From IMG/VR virus record IMGVR_UViG_3300026549_001681: a DNA stretch of 64,000 nucleotides. One strand, written 5' to 3'. The DNA comes from an uncultured virus (IMG/VR IMGVR_UViG_3300026549_001681). Taxonomy: Duplodnaviria > Heunggongvirae > Uroviricota > Caudoviricetes. The position numbers and the translations under genes were made by a program. The notes under the pieces were generated by a model. It saw only the letters and a list, made by a program, of their open reading frames with translations. It did not search any database and was not told the DNA's origin. Below, piece after piece: positions 49,649 through 58,922 of this stretch. Numbering within the stretch: position 1 is the stretch's first letter; each line of letters opens with the position of its first letter.

Positions 49649-49927
49649 TCATACTGTTCGACCTCCTGTAAACAATCCTCGTTCCATAGTTTCTTTTGTT
49701 GCCGCAGATAAGAGCTCCATCCCGATAGCAATATGACCTATCTTGTCACTTAGCTCACTATAAGAAGCCCAGAAAGGCTCATAACCGCCTAACTTAGTTA
49801 CCAGCGGCTGATTGTTGACACCGTTCCAGAGTACGAGTACAGGGTAGGGCTTATTAGGACTGGTAACATATTCAATACTTTCATCAAGCATACAAATATC
49901 ACCTTCAGAAATCATATTTTTATCCAT
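49649..49927 (-). CDS. Hypothetical protein, C-terminus GGRTV
   Basis: GGAG RBS. Confidence 0.65.
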   Translation of the reverse strand: MDKNMISEGDICMLDESIEYVTSPNKPYPVLVLWNGVNNQPLVTKLGGYEPFWASYSELSDKIGHIAIGMELLSAATKETMERGLFTGGRTV

Positions 49928-49945
49928 ACTGTATCCTCCGAATAA

Positions 49946-50290
49946 TCATCGTCCCACATACTTTTCGGCTATAATCTGATTCAAGTCGACATTGACTTCG
50001 AGCGAGTAATCATGACCGTAAGCGCCGCTTTGAGTGAAATGTATGCTTTCTGCCTCACCGCGCCAGACAGCGTCAGTGATCTTGACGCTGATATATTGCA
50101 GTAAATCAGAACTTGCGCAGAAAATACCTATATTAGTAAGCTCTTGCGAAATATCTCCTGAGATATTTCGATAACTTAAGTCTTTAGCAACATTGTCCCG
50201 CAAATCTTTGTCCAACTCAGCGAACTTAGAACAGCTCGTAAAGTCTCCTGAGAGATGCGTATTGAGTATATGTCCGTGAACTGTAATCAT
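49946..50290 (-). CDS. Hypothetical protein, C-terminus VGR
   Basis: AGGAG RBS. Confidence 0.65.
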   Translation of the reverse strand: MITVHGHILNTHLSGDFTSCSKFAELDKDLRDNVAKDLSYRNISGDISQELTNIGIFCASSDLLQYISVKITDAVWRGEAESIHFTQSGAYGHDYSLEVNVDLNQIIAEKYVGR

Positions 50291-50406
50291 AAGCTGCTCC
50301 TTATCTCATAGGCGTATCGGGAATAGTAAGCTCAATGATAGGGTAGAGGGGAGCATCCGAAACATTGAGATAATCCGCAAGGTAGCAAGTACCATAAAAG
50401 TTCTCC

Positions 50407-50802
50407 TTATCTGCCCAAGGTTGCTGCCATGTACTGCTCAGGATCATACTTACCGTCGTCAACAAGATTTATCAGGTCTTCGTTACCGATAGCCCTTAAT
50501 GCAGCCTTATAAACGTCTTTCTGTCCGGAGTAATAACCGGCAGAGTTGTCATCGAGATCGGGAGCGGCTTCCTTATCCTTAGACATCATATAGCACTCTG
50601 CGATAAAAGCCGGCATGATGGACTCGCCCTTGGCCTTAAGTGTCGCACCGATAAAATCCCAGGCGTCTCGGCTACCGAAGCACTTACCGATCCACCATTC
50701 GTCAGTCTGTTGATGTCTTTCCTTATCGAAATATTTAGATCTGTCTAAAGCGAGCTCCTCTAAAGTGTTGATACCAACAAAAACCTTGTGTTTAATTTCC
50801 AT
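50407..50802 (-). CDS. Hypothetical protein, C-terminus LGR
   Basis: GGAGG RBS. Confidence 0.7.
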   Translation of the reverse strand: MEIKHKVFVGINTLEELALDRSKYFDKERHQQTDEWWIGKCFGSRDAWDFIGATLKAKGESIMPAFIAECYMMSKDKEAAPDLDDNSAGYYSGQKDVYKAALRAIGNEDLINLVDDGKYDPEQYMAATLGR

Positions 50803-50819
50803 AGTTCTTACCTCCGTTA

Positions 50820-51212
50820 TTAGTGACCGGGCGCGTTACATATTCCGCGACCTTCAATGAAACTTGAAACGATGGTTCTCCAGAGAGAATTGACATCGAT
50901 ATTGCCGTCGTCCTTTGCAGAAAAGACATTAGCCAGCTGAACATAGTCTTCTTCTCCGATGCCACATTCCGACGGAGAAGCCGCAATGCCTTGCCAGATG
51001 AAATACGCCTGGACAGCGTCTTTGGCATCATCGACAAGGTTCTGATCGTCGAGCGCGCGATAGATTTGCTTGGCTGAATAACTTTCTACTTTTTTCAAAG
51101 CCTCAACAGCATCGAATAAGACCGCCTTGTAGTTCACGTCCTTATCCTTGGCCAGGTCTATCAAAGCGTTGGTTGCTGCATCCTGCTCGTAATACAACGT
51201 GTCTCTGTTCAT
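50820..51212 (-). CDS. Hypothetical protein sharing a module with 47068
   Basis: Start MNRDT after AGGAGG. Confidence 0.7.
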   Translation of the reverse strand: MNRDTLYYEQDAATNALIDLAKDKDVNYKAVLFDAVEALKKVESYSAKQIYRALDDQNLVDDAKDAVQAYFIWQGIAASPSECGIGEEDYVQLANVFSAKDDGNIDVNSLWRTIVSSFIEGRGICNAPGH

Positions 51213-51338
51213 GGTAAAACCTCCTTTATCTTGCATGAGACTGTGCTGTGTTTTTCCTCGCAATAAAAAGACCTGTCCCAAATTGAACAGGTCCGTCTTA
51301 TAGCCTTTATCTATCTCGTCAGATAGGAATGAGCATCA

Positions 51339-51839
51339 TTACCTTGTATGAAACAGCTCGATATTTTCCTGAGTCACGATGCCCTTTTCGAGAGTCCACT
51401 GGTCAAGCCACTTCTTTATGTCGGACTTCTCGTAGACATTAGCATCTGGAGCTGTAAAAGCCCATCTGAAAGCGGATGCACCTACAATACGATCACACAA
51501 AGCAAGATCTTCAGATATAACAGTCCAAGATTCATCACCTACTTCGATTTTATCTCCGACGTTAAATCCGAGGTGTTTAAGCTTATTGATTCTTAAAGCG
51601 GGGCGAACGCCGTAGCCGTAGTCGACATTGCTACCATAAATGAAGACACTGCCATCATTGTCAACACAGGCAGCGCGACCAGGATTATTACCGGGTGACC
51701 GGAGCCACCACCAAGATTCATTGGCCAAAACACTTTCAGGTAGACCGAGCACTTCATCCGCTAATAATAATGTTACCTGCTGTATATCAAGGTCGACTTT
51801 TTCTTTAATAGTGATAATTCTATCTGCTTCCATAATCAT
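51339..51839 (-). CDS. DUF6273-like protein
   Basis: WWWLRSPG..AACV..GVRPAL, W.VI, N.YE.SDI..WL; start after AGGAG. Confidence 0.75.
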   Translation of the reverse strand: MIMEADRIITIKEKVDLDIQQVTLLLADEVLGLPESVLANESWWWLRSPGNNPGRAACVDNDGSVFIYGSNVDYGYGVRPALRINKLKHLGFNVGDKIEVGDESWTVISEDLALCDRIVGASAFRWAFTAPDANVYEKSDIKKWLDQWTLEKGIVTQENIELFHTR

Positions 51840-51921
51840 ATCTCCTTTACCTTGTATGAAACAATTCCATGTTTTCCTGTGTAACGATGCCTCGTTCGAG
51901 AGCCCATTTGTCGAGCCACTT

Positions 51922-52086
51922 TTAATATCGGATCTCCGATACACGATGAAACTCAGATAACTGTTCTTCTGTTAATTCCGGGCAGTCTTCATCGAAGACG
52001 ATAGGTGCAGCTTCTGCTTCCTTCAACATTTCAAGTTCTTCCGGTGTTAGAGGCTTTGTTATATCAATTTCTTTCCTTACTATCAT
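51922..52086 (-). pseudogene. Truncated BrnA-like antitoxin N-terminus (54 aa)
   Basis: LTPEELEML.EAE..PIVFDEDCPELTEEQL; no C-terminal RHH; abuts a DUF6273 3' remnant. Confidence 0.5.
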
Positions 52087-52099
52087 AGTATTTTCTCCT

Positions 52100-52708
52100 T
52101 TATGCTCTGCCCATTGAAGTAGCAGTTAACTCACACAGTTGCTGATATATCCTTCCGGCTGAAAAGAGCAGTTCGTTGTCATCGAACATCTCGGCTTTCT
52201 GGTCTGAAAAATAGTCCATTAACGGGCTTATTCCTCCGAGCTCCTGATTTGCTGTGCCATCAAGAACCCGGTGTATCAGATAGCGAACCTCAGATCTTTC
52301 TGCCACACAACGCTCAAGTGTCGTCGAGTCTGCCTCGCGGTAACGATCATTACGTTCTAAGACTGGAGCGATCCAGCGGATCCGATCTGCTTTTGGGACA
52401 TCATATTCGCCACGCAAATACATAAAAGTTTCAATTTCGTTTGCAAGTTGTGCAAAGGGAGAAGAAGTAACATATTTTCCGTCTAACAGGTCTCTTGCAA
52501 AGGCCTTCAAATCATTGGTGTCAACAATCGACGGACGACTAAAATACTTAACCACGTTCTGCTGAATCTCCGATTTATCATCTTCGCTAAGAATATACGG
52601 AGTCTTGTTGTGTATTTCATGGTTCTGTTTGCGTATGTCAACTTGCCTTTTGACATATTGTTGAACAGTTTCTTCTCGGTGGGGAGCAATGGAAAAATAA
52701 CTCAACAT
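52100..52708 (-). CDS. Hypothetical protein, C-terminus MGRA
   Basis: AGGAGG RBS, 202 aa. Confidence 0.7.
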   Translation of the reverse strand: MLSYFSIAPHREETVQQYVKRQVDIRKQNHEIHNKTPYILSEDDKSEIQQNVVKYFSRPSIVDTNDLKAFARDLLDGKYVTSSPFAQLANEIETFMYLRGEYDVPKADRIRWIAPVLERNDRYREADSTTLERCVAERSEVRYLIHRVLDGTANQELGGISPLMDYFSDQKAEMFDDNELLFSAGRIYQQLCELTATSMGRA

Positions 52709-52723
52709 AAACCGACGCCTCCT

Positions 52724-53563
52724 TTATTGACTCCTGCCATTGTTCAATGTGATTGTTGGTGGGATGAAGGTCTTTGCTATATGACCTACAATGTCCACAT
52801 AACTTAAGTACGCGCTGAGCTCCATGTAACAACCCTTGTCAGAGTGCATCGGTCCGTCGGTCGGAACACAAAGACTGCAACTTCTGGCACCTCTTCCGGC
52901 GTACGCATACGCTTCGTCAGGAAGCGCCTTCGGGTAGAGATAACCCTGGTATTTCATTTCCTGTGCGATCTTTACAAGTTCATCTCTGCAATCTTTGGAT
53001 AGCGAAAAAGTATTCTCGATAGAAAACTGCTTTTTCTTAAACCCGATGTCTGTTACATCCAAAGCCAGATAGAACGGGGACACACTGAGCTGTGAAGTAA
53101 GAAATCCGTCTAACTCGGCTGCGCCACGCATACCGCTTTCCTCGTTCCCGGTAAAGGCGACAATGACATTATCCGGCAGGGCGCCTGTCATCATGAGATA
53201 TAATGCTGCGGCATTAGTTGCTGAGTTATCAAAAGTACCGTGCAACATATTGTCTGTGGCAGAGACTTGGACAAACGGTTTTCTTATATTCTTAACGAAA
53301 TCTATATGTGTCGATATGACCAGAAGATTTTCACGGGGCAGGGAAGACAGAGACATTTTTGAATAGAGCCTTACCAACTTGCCTTGCAGACCGTGCTGAT
53401 AATATGGTGTTTTAGCAAGCAGCTGGTGGATCCTGTCGAGCTTCGCCGTCTCAGTAAACTTCTTTCCGTTGTCATAGCAAGGTCGTTGCATCTCCTGGAG
53501 AACATACAACTTGTTTTGAACTTGCTTCGTATAATCGTCCACAGAATAGCTCCTTATAATCAT
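52724..53563 (-). CDS. M28/M42-like Zn peptidase, C-terminus GRSQ
   Basis: STHID, GTFDN, FTGNEESGMRGA, LDVT, MHS. Confidence 0.75.
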   Translation of the reverse strand: MIIRSYSVDDYTKQVQNKLYVLQEMQRPCYDNGKKFTETAKLDRIHQLLAKTPYYQHGLQGKLVRLYSKMSLSSLPRENLLVISTHIDFVKNIRKPFVQVSATDNMLHGTFDNSATNAAALYLMMTGALPDNVIVAFTGNEESGMRGAAELDGFLTSQLSVSPFYLALDVTDIGFKKKQFSIENTFSLSKDCRDELVKIAQEMKYQGYLYPKALPDEAYAYAGRGARSCSLCVPTDGPMHSDKGCYMELSAYLSYVDIVGHIAKTFIPPTITLNNGRSQ

Positions 53564-53769
53564 CTGTATCTCGGAAATTCCATTGTTAATCCTTTGTCGC
53601 TGAGATACTGTTCGAGTTTGTCGTAACTGTCCGAAGCACAGAGTCCGTGGTCCTTGATAAACACATCAAGGGTAACGCCTTCGTAGTGTTTGGAATCCAT
53701 GTCATGCCAATGCTCGCGAAGTTCTATAAGCCCCCATAAAGAAGGTGAGATAAGGTCTGAGATAGTCAT
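53560..53769 (-). CDS. Hypothetical protein
   Basis: 69 aa, coupled to the peptidase gene. Confidence 0.55.
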   Translation of the reverse strand: MTISDLISPSLWGLIELREHWHDMDSKHYEGVTLDVFIKDHGLCASDSYDKLEQYLSDKGLTMEFPRYR

Positions 53770-53779
53770 AAAAATGAAC

Positions 53780-54073
53780 TCATCTTATTCTGCCGTGTTT
53801 AGACATAAGTTCCTGACAGATAGACTCAAGATCAAATATGGGAGAAGCATGTTCCTCGTCAGTACATAACCATTCGGCAATTCTATCTGAAGCCCGATCG
53901 GCATCGTTTGAATCAACAAATCGCCCGATAGTCACGGTGGGATTATTGGAGCTGGTACCGACACTCCTGACGGCAAACCTCTTGTAATCAGAGCCGTCGA
54001 TAGAATCTATCGAGATGTCGAAAACATTGTCCATGTTCACGATGGTGCTGCCATATCTGATGTATCTGTTCAT
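53780..54073 (-). CDS. Hypothetical protein, C-terminus HGRIR; paralog of 58923
   Basis: AGGAGG RBS. Confidence 0.7.
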   Translation of the reverse strand: MNRYIRYGSTIVNMDNVFDISIDSIDGSDYKRFAVRSVGTSSNNPTVTIGRFVDSNDADRASDRIAEWLCTDEEHASPIFDLESICQELMSKHGRIR

Positions 54074-54107
54074 AATATTTCCTCCTGGAATTTAATATTT
54101 CTTGTGT

Positions 54108-54566
54108 TTAGGCTCTGCCTTGACGTGATGCTATGAATTCATCGAAGCGCTTCTTTTCATCTTCCAAATTGCCTATGTATCCATAGTCACGCTGGTATGC
54201 TTCGATCTCTTCTAACGTGAAGAGCTTTTCCATAACGTGGGGGGAAATGCGATAAGCAGGATAAGTCACAAATCCGCTTGTTTTCTGACCTCCGATAGGG
54301 AAGGCGAAGCAATTATCCTGTAAGAACTGCTCTACACGAGACTCGTTGTTAACGTCAGGAAAGAAGCAGCCGTATTGTCCGACAAACTCACCGAAGCTCC
54401 TGGTGAGATCTGTATAATATTCACCGTCCGGTGTTTCAAGCCAAAGACCAATCAAGTGCTTTTCTTCGCCCCTCCAATCGGCAACACCGTAGAAACCGCC
54501 TTTGAGAAGCAGTTCAGTGTCATCGTATCTAACCTTGATGGAATTTCTTTCTTCGCTCATTGACAT
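54108..54566 (-). CDS. DUF4313-like protein, C-terminus QGRA
   Basis: GEYY.DLT, DVNN..EQFL..N, SGFVTYP.Y. Confidence 0.7.
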   Translation of the reverse strand: MSMSEERNSIKVRYDDTELLLKGGFYGVADWRGEEKHLIGLWLETPDGEYYTDLTRSFGEFVGQYGCFFPDVNNESRVEQFLQDNCFAFPIGGQKTSGFVTYPAYRISPHVMEKLFTLEEIEAYQRDYGYIGNLEDEKKRFDEFIASRQGRA

Positions 54567-54579
54567 ATCCTCCCGAAAT

Positions 54580-54742
54580 AAAAAAGCCCCGCAGCAATGC
54601 GAGGCAATAAAAAAGCAGGGAAGATAAGTTCTGTCCCTGCGTACTATGTTAAGTATATTGTATCTTATAATAGTGAATTTGCAACTTTCGGCATAAAAAT
54701 CACCTTATTTGGGAAATAAGCCTCTTTTTCGGAATATTTTAC
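54580..54742 (-). promoter_or_regulatory. Conserved box + promoter + tandem leader terminators, copy 5
   Basis: Box 54696-54715, TTGCAA-16-TACAAT, two hairpin/T-run terminators at 54580-54641. Confidence 0.8.
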
Positions 54743-54768
54743 CCGGGAAGAGCGGGTGAGAGGGGGCG

Positions 54769-55788
54769 TTACTCATCAAATCTCACCACATTACGATGCT
54801 CTTCTTTCCGTTTATCAGAAAAACTTGCATAGTGGTTTTTCGTAGTTGATATATCCTGATGTCCCATGTTTTCCGCGACAAGATATATGTCGCCTGTTTC
54901 CTCATAAAGCCTGGTCGCAAAAGTAGCCCGGAGCTTATGAGGAGTAATGTGTTTTCCGGGAAGGGAAGATGCAGCGTATTTTTTCACGAGACGCTCGATA
55001 CTCCGCACGGAAAGTCTCTTTTTCTGACTGGAAACGAATAAGGCTTTTTCATTCTCATCAAGACCTTCCAGATTATTACGCCAGTCGAGATAGTCGACAA
55101 GGTAAGGAGAAGCCTCGTCCGAAAAATACACGATGGACTCGTTGCCGCCTTTTCTGGTGATGTAAATACAGGAGCGGTTCAAATCAACGTCGTCGATATC
55201 CAGTTCAGAGCACTCAGACACACGGATTCCGGAAGACAAAAGCAAATAAACAATGGCGAGGTCACGGATTGACTGGATCTCGTAGTATTCGCGTTCTTTC
55301 TGTGTCATAGATCTGTGACCGTGAACAGCTGACAAAAAACAAGAAGTCTCATCCTTATCCATCTTGATTATGGGCTTCTTGGGACATTTCGGCTGCGGTA
55401 TCTTGCCGACCTCGTATGTCGAGATCAGGTCATTCTTGAATAAGTAATTAAAGAAAGATTTAAGGGCAGAGAGTTTTCGTGACAGGGAACGGCGGTCATT
55501 GGAAACCTCACCCTTGTCCGACTCGTAGTGTTCCAGATATTCGAGATAATCTTCGAAGTTCTCCTTACGGAGTTTTTCGAGATCAGACAAATCAACCTCG
55601 TCAAGAGAAAATCTGTCAGAAACATAATCCAGGAATTTTTTTATGTCGAGTGTGTATTCGTAATTTGTTCTCGGCGAACTTCTGTGATGGATCGCACGGA
55701 TGTACGACCTGACATAAGATGGCAAAGTGTCAAGCATCGCGTTACATTTGTCCTGGTATCTGATCTGAACCTGTTTGTGTCCGCTCAT
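54769..55788 (-). CDS. XerC/XerS-like tyrosine recombinase
   Basis: RKLSALKSFF.YL, RDLAI..SGIRVSE, RKGG, ITPHKLRATFAT.LY, GH.DI.TT..HY. Confidence 0.92.
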   Translation of the reverse strand: MSGHKQVQIRYQDKCNAMLDTLPSYVRSYIRAIHHRSSPRTNYEYTLDIKKFLDYVSDRFSLDEVDLSDLEKLRKENFEDYLEYLEHYESDKGEVSNDRRSLSRKLSALKSFFNYLFKNDLISTYEVGKIPQPKCPKKPIIKMDKDETSCFLSAVHGHRSMTQKEREYYEIQSIRDLAIVYLLLSSGIRVSECSELDIDDVDLNRSCIYITRKGGNESIVYFSDEASPYLVDYLDWRNNLEGLDENEKALFVSSQKKRLSVRSIERLVKKYAASSLPGKHITPHKLRATFATRLYEETGDIYLVAENMGHQDISTTKNHYASFSDKRKEEHRNVVRFDE

Positions 55789-55823
55789 AGTTAAAAATCG
55801 GTCCTTTCTGAAAGAGGTGTCAC

Positions 55824-55859
55824 TATCTTGTCGTTTAACACGTATTAAGCGACAAGATA
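55824..55859. promoter_or_regulatory. dif-like recombination site
   Basis: 15-bp arms TATCTTGTCGTTTAA / TTAAGCGACAAGATA (1 mismatch) around a 6-bp spacer CACGTA, just upstream of the recombinase. Confidence 0.75.
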
Positions 55860-55972
55860 ACCCTTATTCCCGACAACAGAGATCGTTCGTATCCTGCTCT
55901 GCATCATTTGAACCAAATAAAAAGCGCCTCGTTTCATCAACAAGGCACTTAAAATCGGCTGAAACCCTTGAT

Positions 55973-56593
55973 TTATAAGGGCTTTTTCTTCCAAAGTCCG
56001 AATATGGACCTAACATAAGAATTCTTCTCCTTGTCGAGTTCATTTTGGATTCTGACCTTTTCTTCGGCCAACGAATTCTTTTCCGCTTCCAATCTGGCTT
56101 TCTCTCTGATCCAGTCGGTCTTTTCCTGCTCCAAGGCGCTCTGCTTCTCTTCGAGCTGTTCAACCCGGGCGGCTTTTACTTCAAGCACCGCGACCTTGGC
56201 AGTAAGCTCTGCGTCTCTATTTTCAAGGCTTTCCTTAGTGGCAGTAAGCATTTTGAGTTGCGTCTGAGCCTCTATTCCGACCTTGTTCTCTTCTTGTAAA
56301 TTAAGGAGCTGGTCCTGAAGCAGTGCGATCTTTCTTAAAAGTTCTTTGTTCTCTGACTCAAGCTGCTCATTTCTTTCCGTCTTACTCTGTATCTCTTCTC
56401 GCGAACTTACTATGGCAGCTGACGAAGACGATCTGTGCTCATCCAAGTAAGCAACGGCATAGTCATCAAGGAACCTGGTCCTGTACTGTGACATGATGTG
56501 TCCTTCAAGAGCATCCTTGTGCTTATCAACCTGTCTTCTGACACACTCATAAGACACTCCTCGTTGTGTTGCATAATCACTAAATGAAAGCAT
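55973..56593 (-). CDS. HTH + long coiled-coil DNA-binding protein (pSK1 Par/KfrA-like architecture)
   Basis: SDYA.QRGVSYECVRRQV HTH, ~130-aa heptad region, FGLWKK end. Confidence 0.65.
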   Translation of the reverse strand: MLSFSDYATQRGVSYECVRRQVDKHKDALEGHIMSQYRTRFLDDYAVAYLDEHRSSSSAAIVSSREEIQSKTERNEQLESENKELLRKIALLQDQLLNLQEENKVGIEAQTQLKMLTATKESLENRDAELTAKVAVLEVKAARVEQLEEKQSALEQEKTDWIREKARLEAEKNSLAEEKVRIQNELDKEKNSYVRSIFGLWKKKPL

Positions 56594-56609
56594 TGTCTCT
56601 CTCCTTACT

Positions 56610-56860
56610 CACAAATCATTGTGTTATTTTGCGCTATATATGTGTGTCTTTCACAACACTATGACACAACCATAACATAATCGCAAAAGTATTGCAATTA
56701 CAAGGCGGTGTCAAAGTGGCACAACTTCTAACACACACAACTTGTGCCACGATTTTGTGAGCATATAGGATCAGTGATTGTGCATCGGACACAAAACAGA
56801 GTGCAACAAAATCAGTTTCACAACACTGTCGCAAAACTTGTGCCTGACGCACACAACTTG
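56610..56860. repeat. Large CACAAC/GTTGTG motif array
   Basis: Many CACAAC/CACAA/TTGTG copies directly upstream of the HTH-coiled-coil gene. Confidence 0.8.
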
Positions 56861-57907
56861 TTATGGATAAGAATGACCTTCCATGTCGATGCCTCTCTCT
56901 CCGAAAACGACACTGATGGCCTCTAACTCCTCGTAACCGTACTCCATCTGACGACGAATCTCATAACCGAGCTCAAGAGCATCCTCTTCACCAATCTTAT
57001 ATTTATCTCTAATGTACTCTGCGGTACAACAAGCCTCATAATAACTGTGAAGTTCTACCAGCTCCCCGGTGCTCAGTTTTACTCCGTTTACAGTAACGTC
57101 AAACAGTGTCTTGTCACTGATATTTACCTCGGTTATTGGTGTGTTCTCAGGAGGAACTTGTTCTGTCGAATTAACAAGACTGTGTTCCATTAACTGAGAA
57201 AGTGTATACTTCTCAGTCATTATTTTCTGAAGATAAACAATAGCTTCTACAACCTCATTCTCTGATTTTTTGAACGAGTCACCACCAGTCATCCAGATCT
57301 GCATAGGCAACTCGTTCGAAGATGTAGCCAGGCCAAGGCAGATCTTGGCGGCATACGCCTGTCCTGCAAGATAACCCTGTTTATACTCCGCCGACCACGA
57401 TGTTGACTTGACAGTGTCCGTATTGTTCCGAATCGCATTGACCGCTTCAACCAGATAATATTTGACAGTTGCCTTAAACTGAGACTGCCTTTCTGCCGTC
57501 TTTATTTCCTCGTAAAACATCAATAAAGCATCGGAACATTCGTTAACAAACCCTTCCTCATAGGAAGTAGGACCATACTTTTCAGCAGCTTCAGATTTCA
57601 GATTTGCCCATCGCTCAGCACTTCTCTTGATATTTGAAAGTAACTCAGTACAAGGAAACCTGTCAACGTCCTGTGCCTTAATGTCGCTGCCAAATCGTCC
57701 AAGAGAGTTTGTAAAGTCCGCTAAAGTAGCAATGTCATTTCCGTCAATGTCAGGTGATACTACCGAGACATAACCCATAGTGGAATCATCAGGCGAATCC
57801 GATGATACACGCACCATAGCATCGTAACGACGGAACAATAATGCTATTCTTTCTTCCGCGTTCTTGATATCCTTGTAAGGCTTTAAGAAAAAGTTGATCT
57901 TGCTCAT
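56861..57907 (-). CDS. Modular hypothetical protein
   Basis: GGAGG RBS; SYEEGF, EYKQGYLAG modules. Confidence 0.75.
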   Translation of the reverse strand: MSKINFFLKPYKDIKNAEERIALLFRRYDAMVRVSSDSPDDSTMGYVSVVSPDIDGNDIATLADFTNSLGRFGSDIKAQDVDRFPCTELLSNIKRSAERWANLKSEAAEKYGPTSYEEGFVNECSDALLMFYEEIKTAERQSQFKATVKYYLVEAVNAIRNNTDTVKSTSWSAEYKQGYLAGQAYAAKICLGLATSSNELPMQIWMTGGDSFKKSENEVVEAIVYLQKIMTEKYTLSQLMEHSLVNSTEQVPPENTPITEVNISDKTLFDVTVNGVKLSTGELVELHSYYEACCTAEYIRDKYKIGEEDALELGYEIRRQMEYGYEELEAISVVFGERGIDMEGHSYP

Positions 57908-57924
57908 AAGTACACCTCCAAAAC

Positions 57925-58458
57925 TTATCTTCCGATCATACTGTCACAAATTATTACGCCATCGGAACAGGCTGCATCATAAATGCGCTGTCCATCCTCA
58001 TCCGGCGAATACATTTCAAGAAACGTATTGAAGGTCGATGCTTGAGTCAGCATATCGTTCCGGTGTTCTTCCCAGAACTTAAGAAGCCAAGCCGCAGGCA
58101 CAACGAAGTTGTCTTCAGCTATGACATCGCCGGCTTCGTTATATGTGTTATGTTTATTGAGTTCGTATTCACATTGGATACGACTGATTTCTTTGTGAGA
58201 AAACGCAATTCCGGACGCTAAGAGAAATTGTGTCACCGTAAGATATTCGTCAGACGGACTAAACAATAATGACAAAGTAGAAAGAACATTAGCATCTGAC
58301 AATGTTTTCGGAGCAACTCGTTCCAATCTGTCCTGCTCGCGGAAACTTAATGATCTTTCCAGCAGAAACACTTCATGATATTTCCTGGCAAAATCCTCTT
58401 CACCCGGAAATGTCGCAACCTGGTGTAAAACCTTTATTTCTATATCGGTCATAATCAA
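57925..58458 (-). CDS. Hypothetical protein, C-terminus IGR
   Basis: 177 aa. Confidence 0.7.
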   Translation of the reverse strand: MIMTDIEIKVLHQVATFPGEEDFARKYHEVFLLERSLSFREQDRLERVAPKTLSDANVLSTLSLLFSPSDEYLTVTQFLLASGIAFSHKEISRIQCEYELNKHNTYNEAGDVIAEDNFVVPAAWLLKFWEEHRNDMLTQASTFNTFLEMYSPDEDGQRIYDAACSDGVIICDSMIGR

Positions 58459-58910
58459 GACCTCCCTAACTGCTCAGCGATAGAATTCTGTATGGCAGTT
58501 ATAAGATGCGGAATATGTGTGTATTTTTGTCCGCCTTCCAAAGTATAAGCAGCCATTGTAAGATCTTCTGCGAGCCTGTTTAAGTCGCCCTTCTGGTACT
58601 CAACCAAGATACAGTTATACAATGTGTAAGATGGTTGTGTTGTGCTCGGCTCCTCACCTTTGTGAAAAAGACTTGCATCAATAGAAAAAGCCTTACTACC
58701 CTTATTGAGCATAAAGTGGGCATTGTCGAATGTTCTATACATCTCTTGGGCAAGAGAAATCAATCGTTCAACATCAGCAGGCATCTGGAATCCGGCGATC
58801 ATGCAAGTTAGTTCGACGTATTTCTCCTTGGCAGATTCGAAGGCTGCGTTTTGCTTTTCTTCGTAATTAACATTGAATATAGTATTTCTGCGTTCCATTG
58901 TCATAGTCAC
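58455..58910 (-). CDS. Hypothetical protein, C-terminus LGRS
   Basis: 151 aa, GGAGG RBS. Confidence 0.7.
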   Translation of the reverse strand: MTMTMERRNTIFNVNYEEKQNAAFESAKEKYVELTCMIAGFQMPADVERLISLAQEMYRTFDNAHFMLNKGSKAFSIDASLFHKGEEPSTTQPSYTLYNCILVEYQKGDLNRLAEDLTMAAYTLEGGQKYTHIPHLITAIQNSIAEQLGRS

Positions 58911-58922
58911 CTCCGAACACGA

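Noticed and set aside
51339..51944. Diversity-generating retroelement TR/VR pair
   Set aside because: Mismatches are not adenine-specific, there is an indel, and no reverse transcriptase is present in the window
56610..56860. CRISPR array in the CACAAC clusters
   Set aside because: Short degenerate motifs with no constant repeat-spacer period
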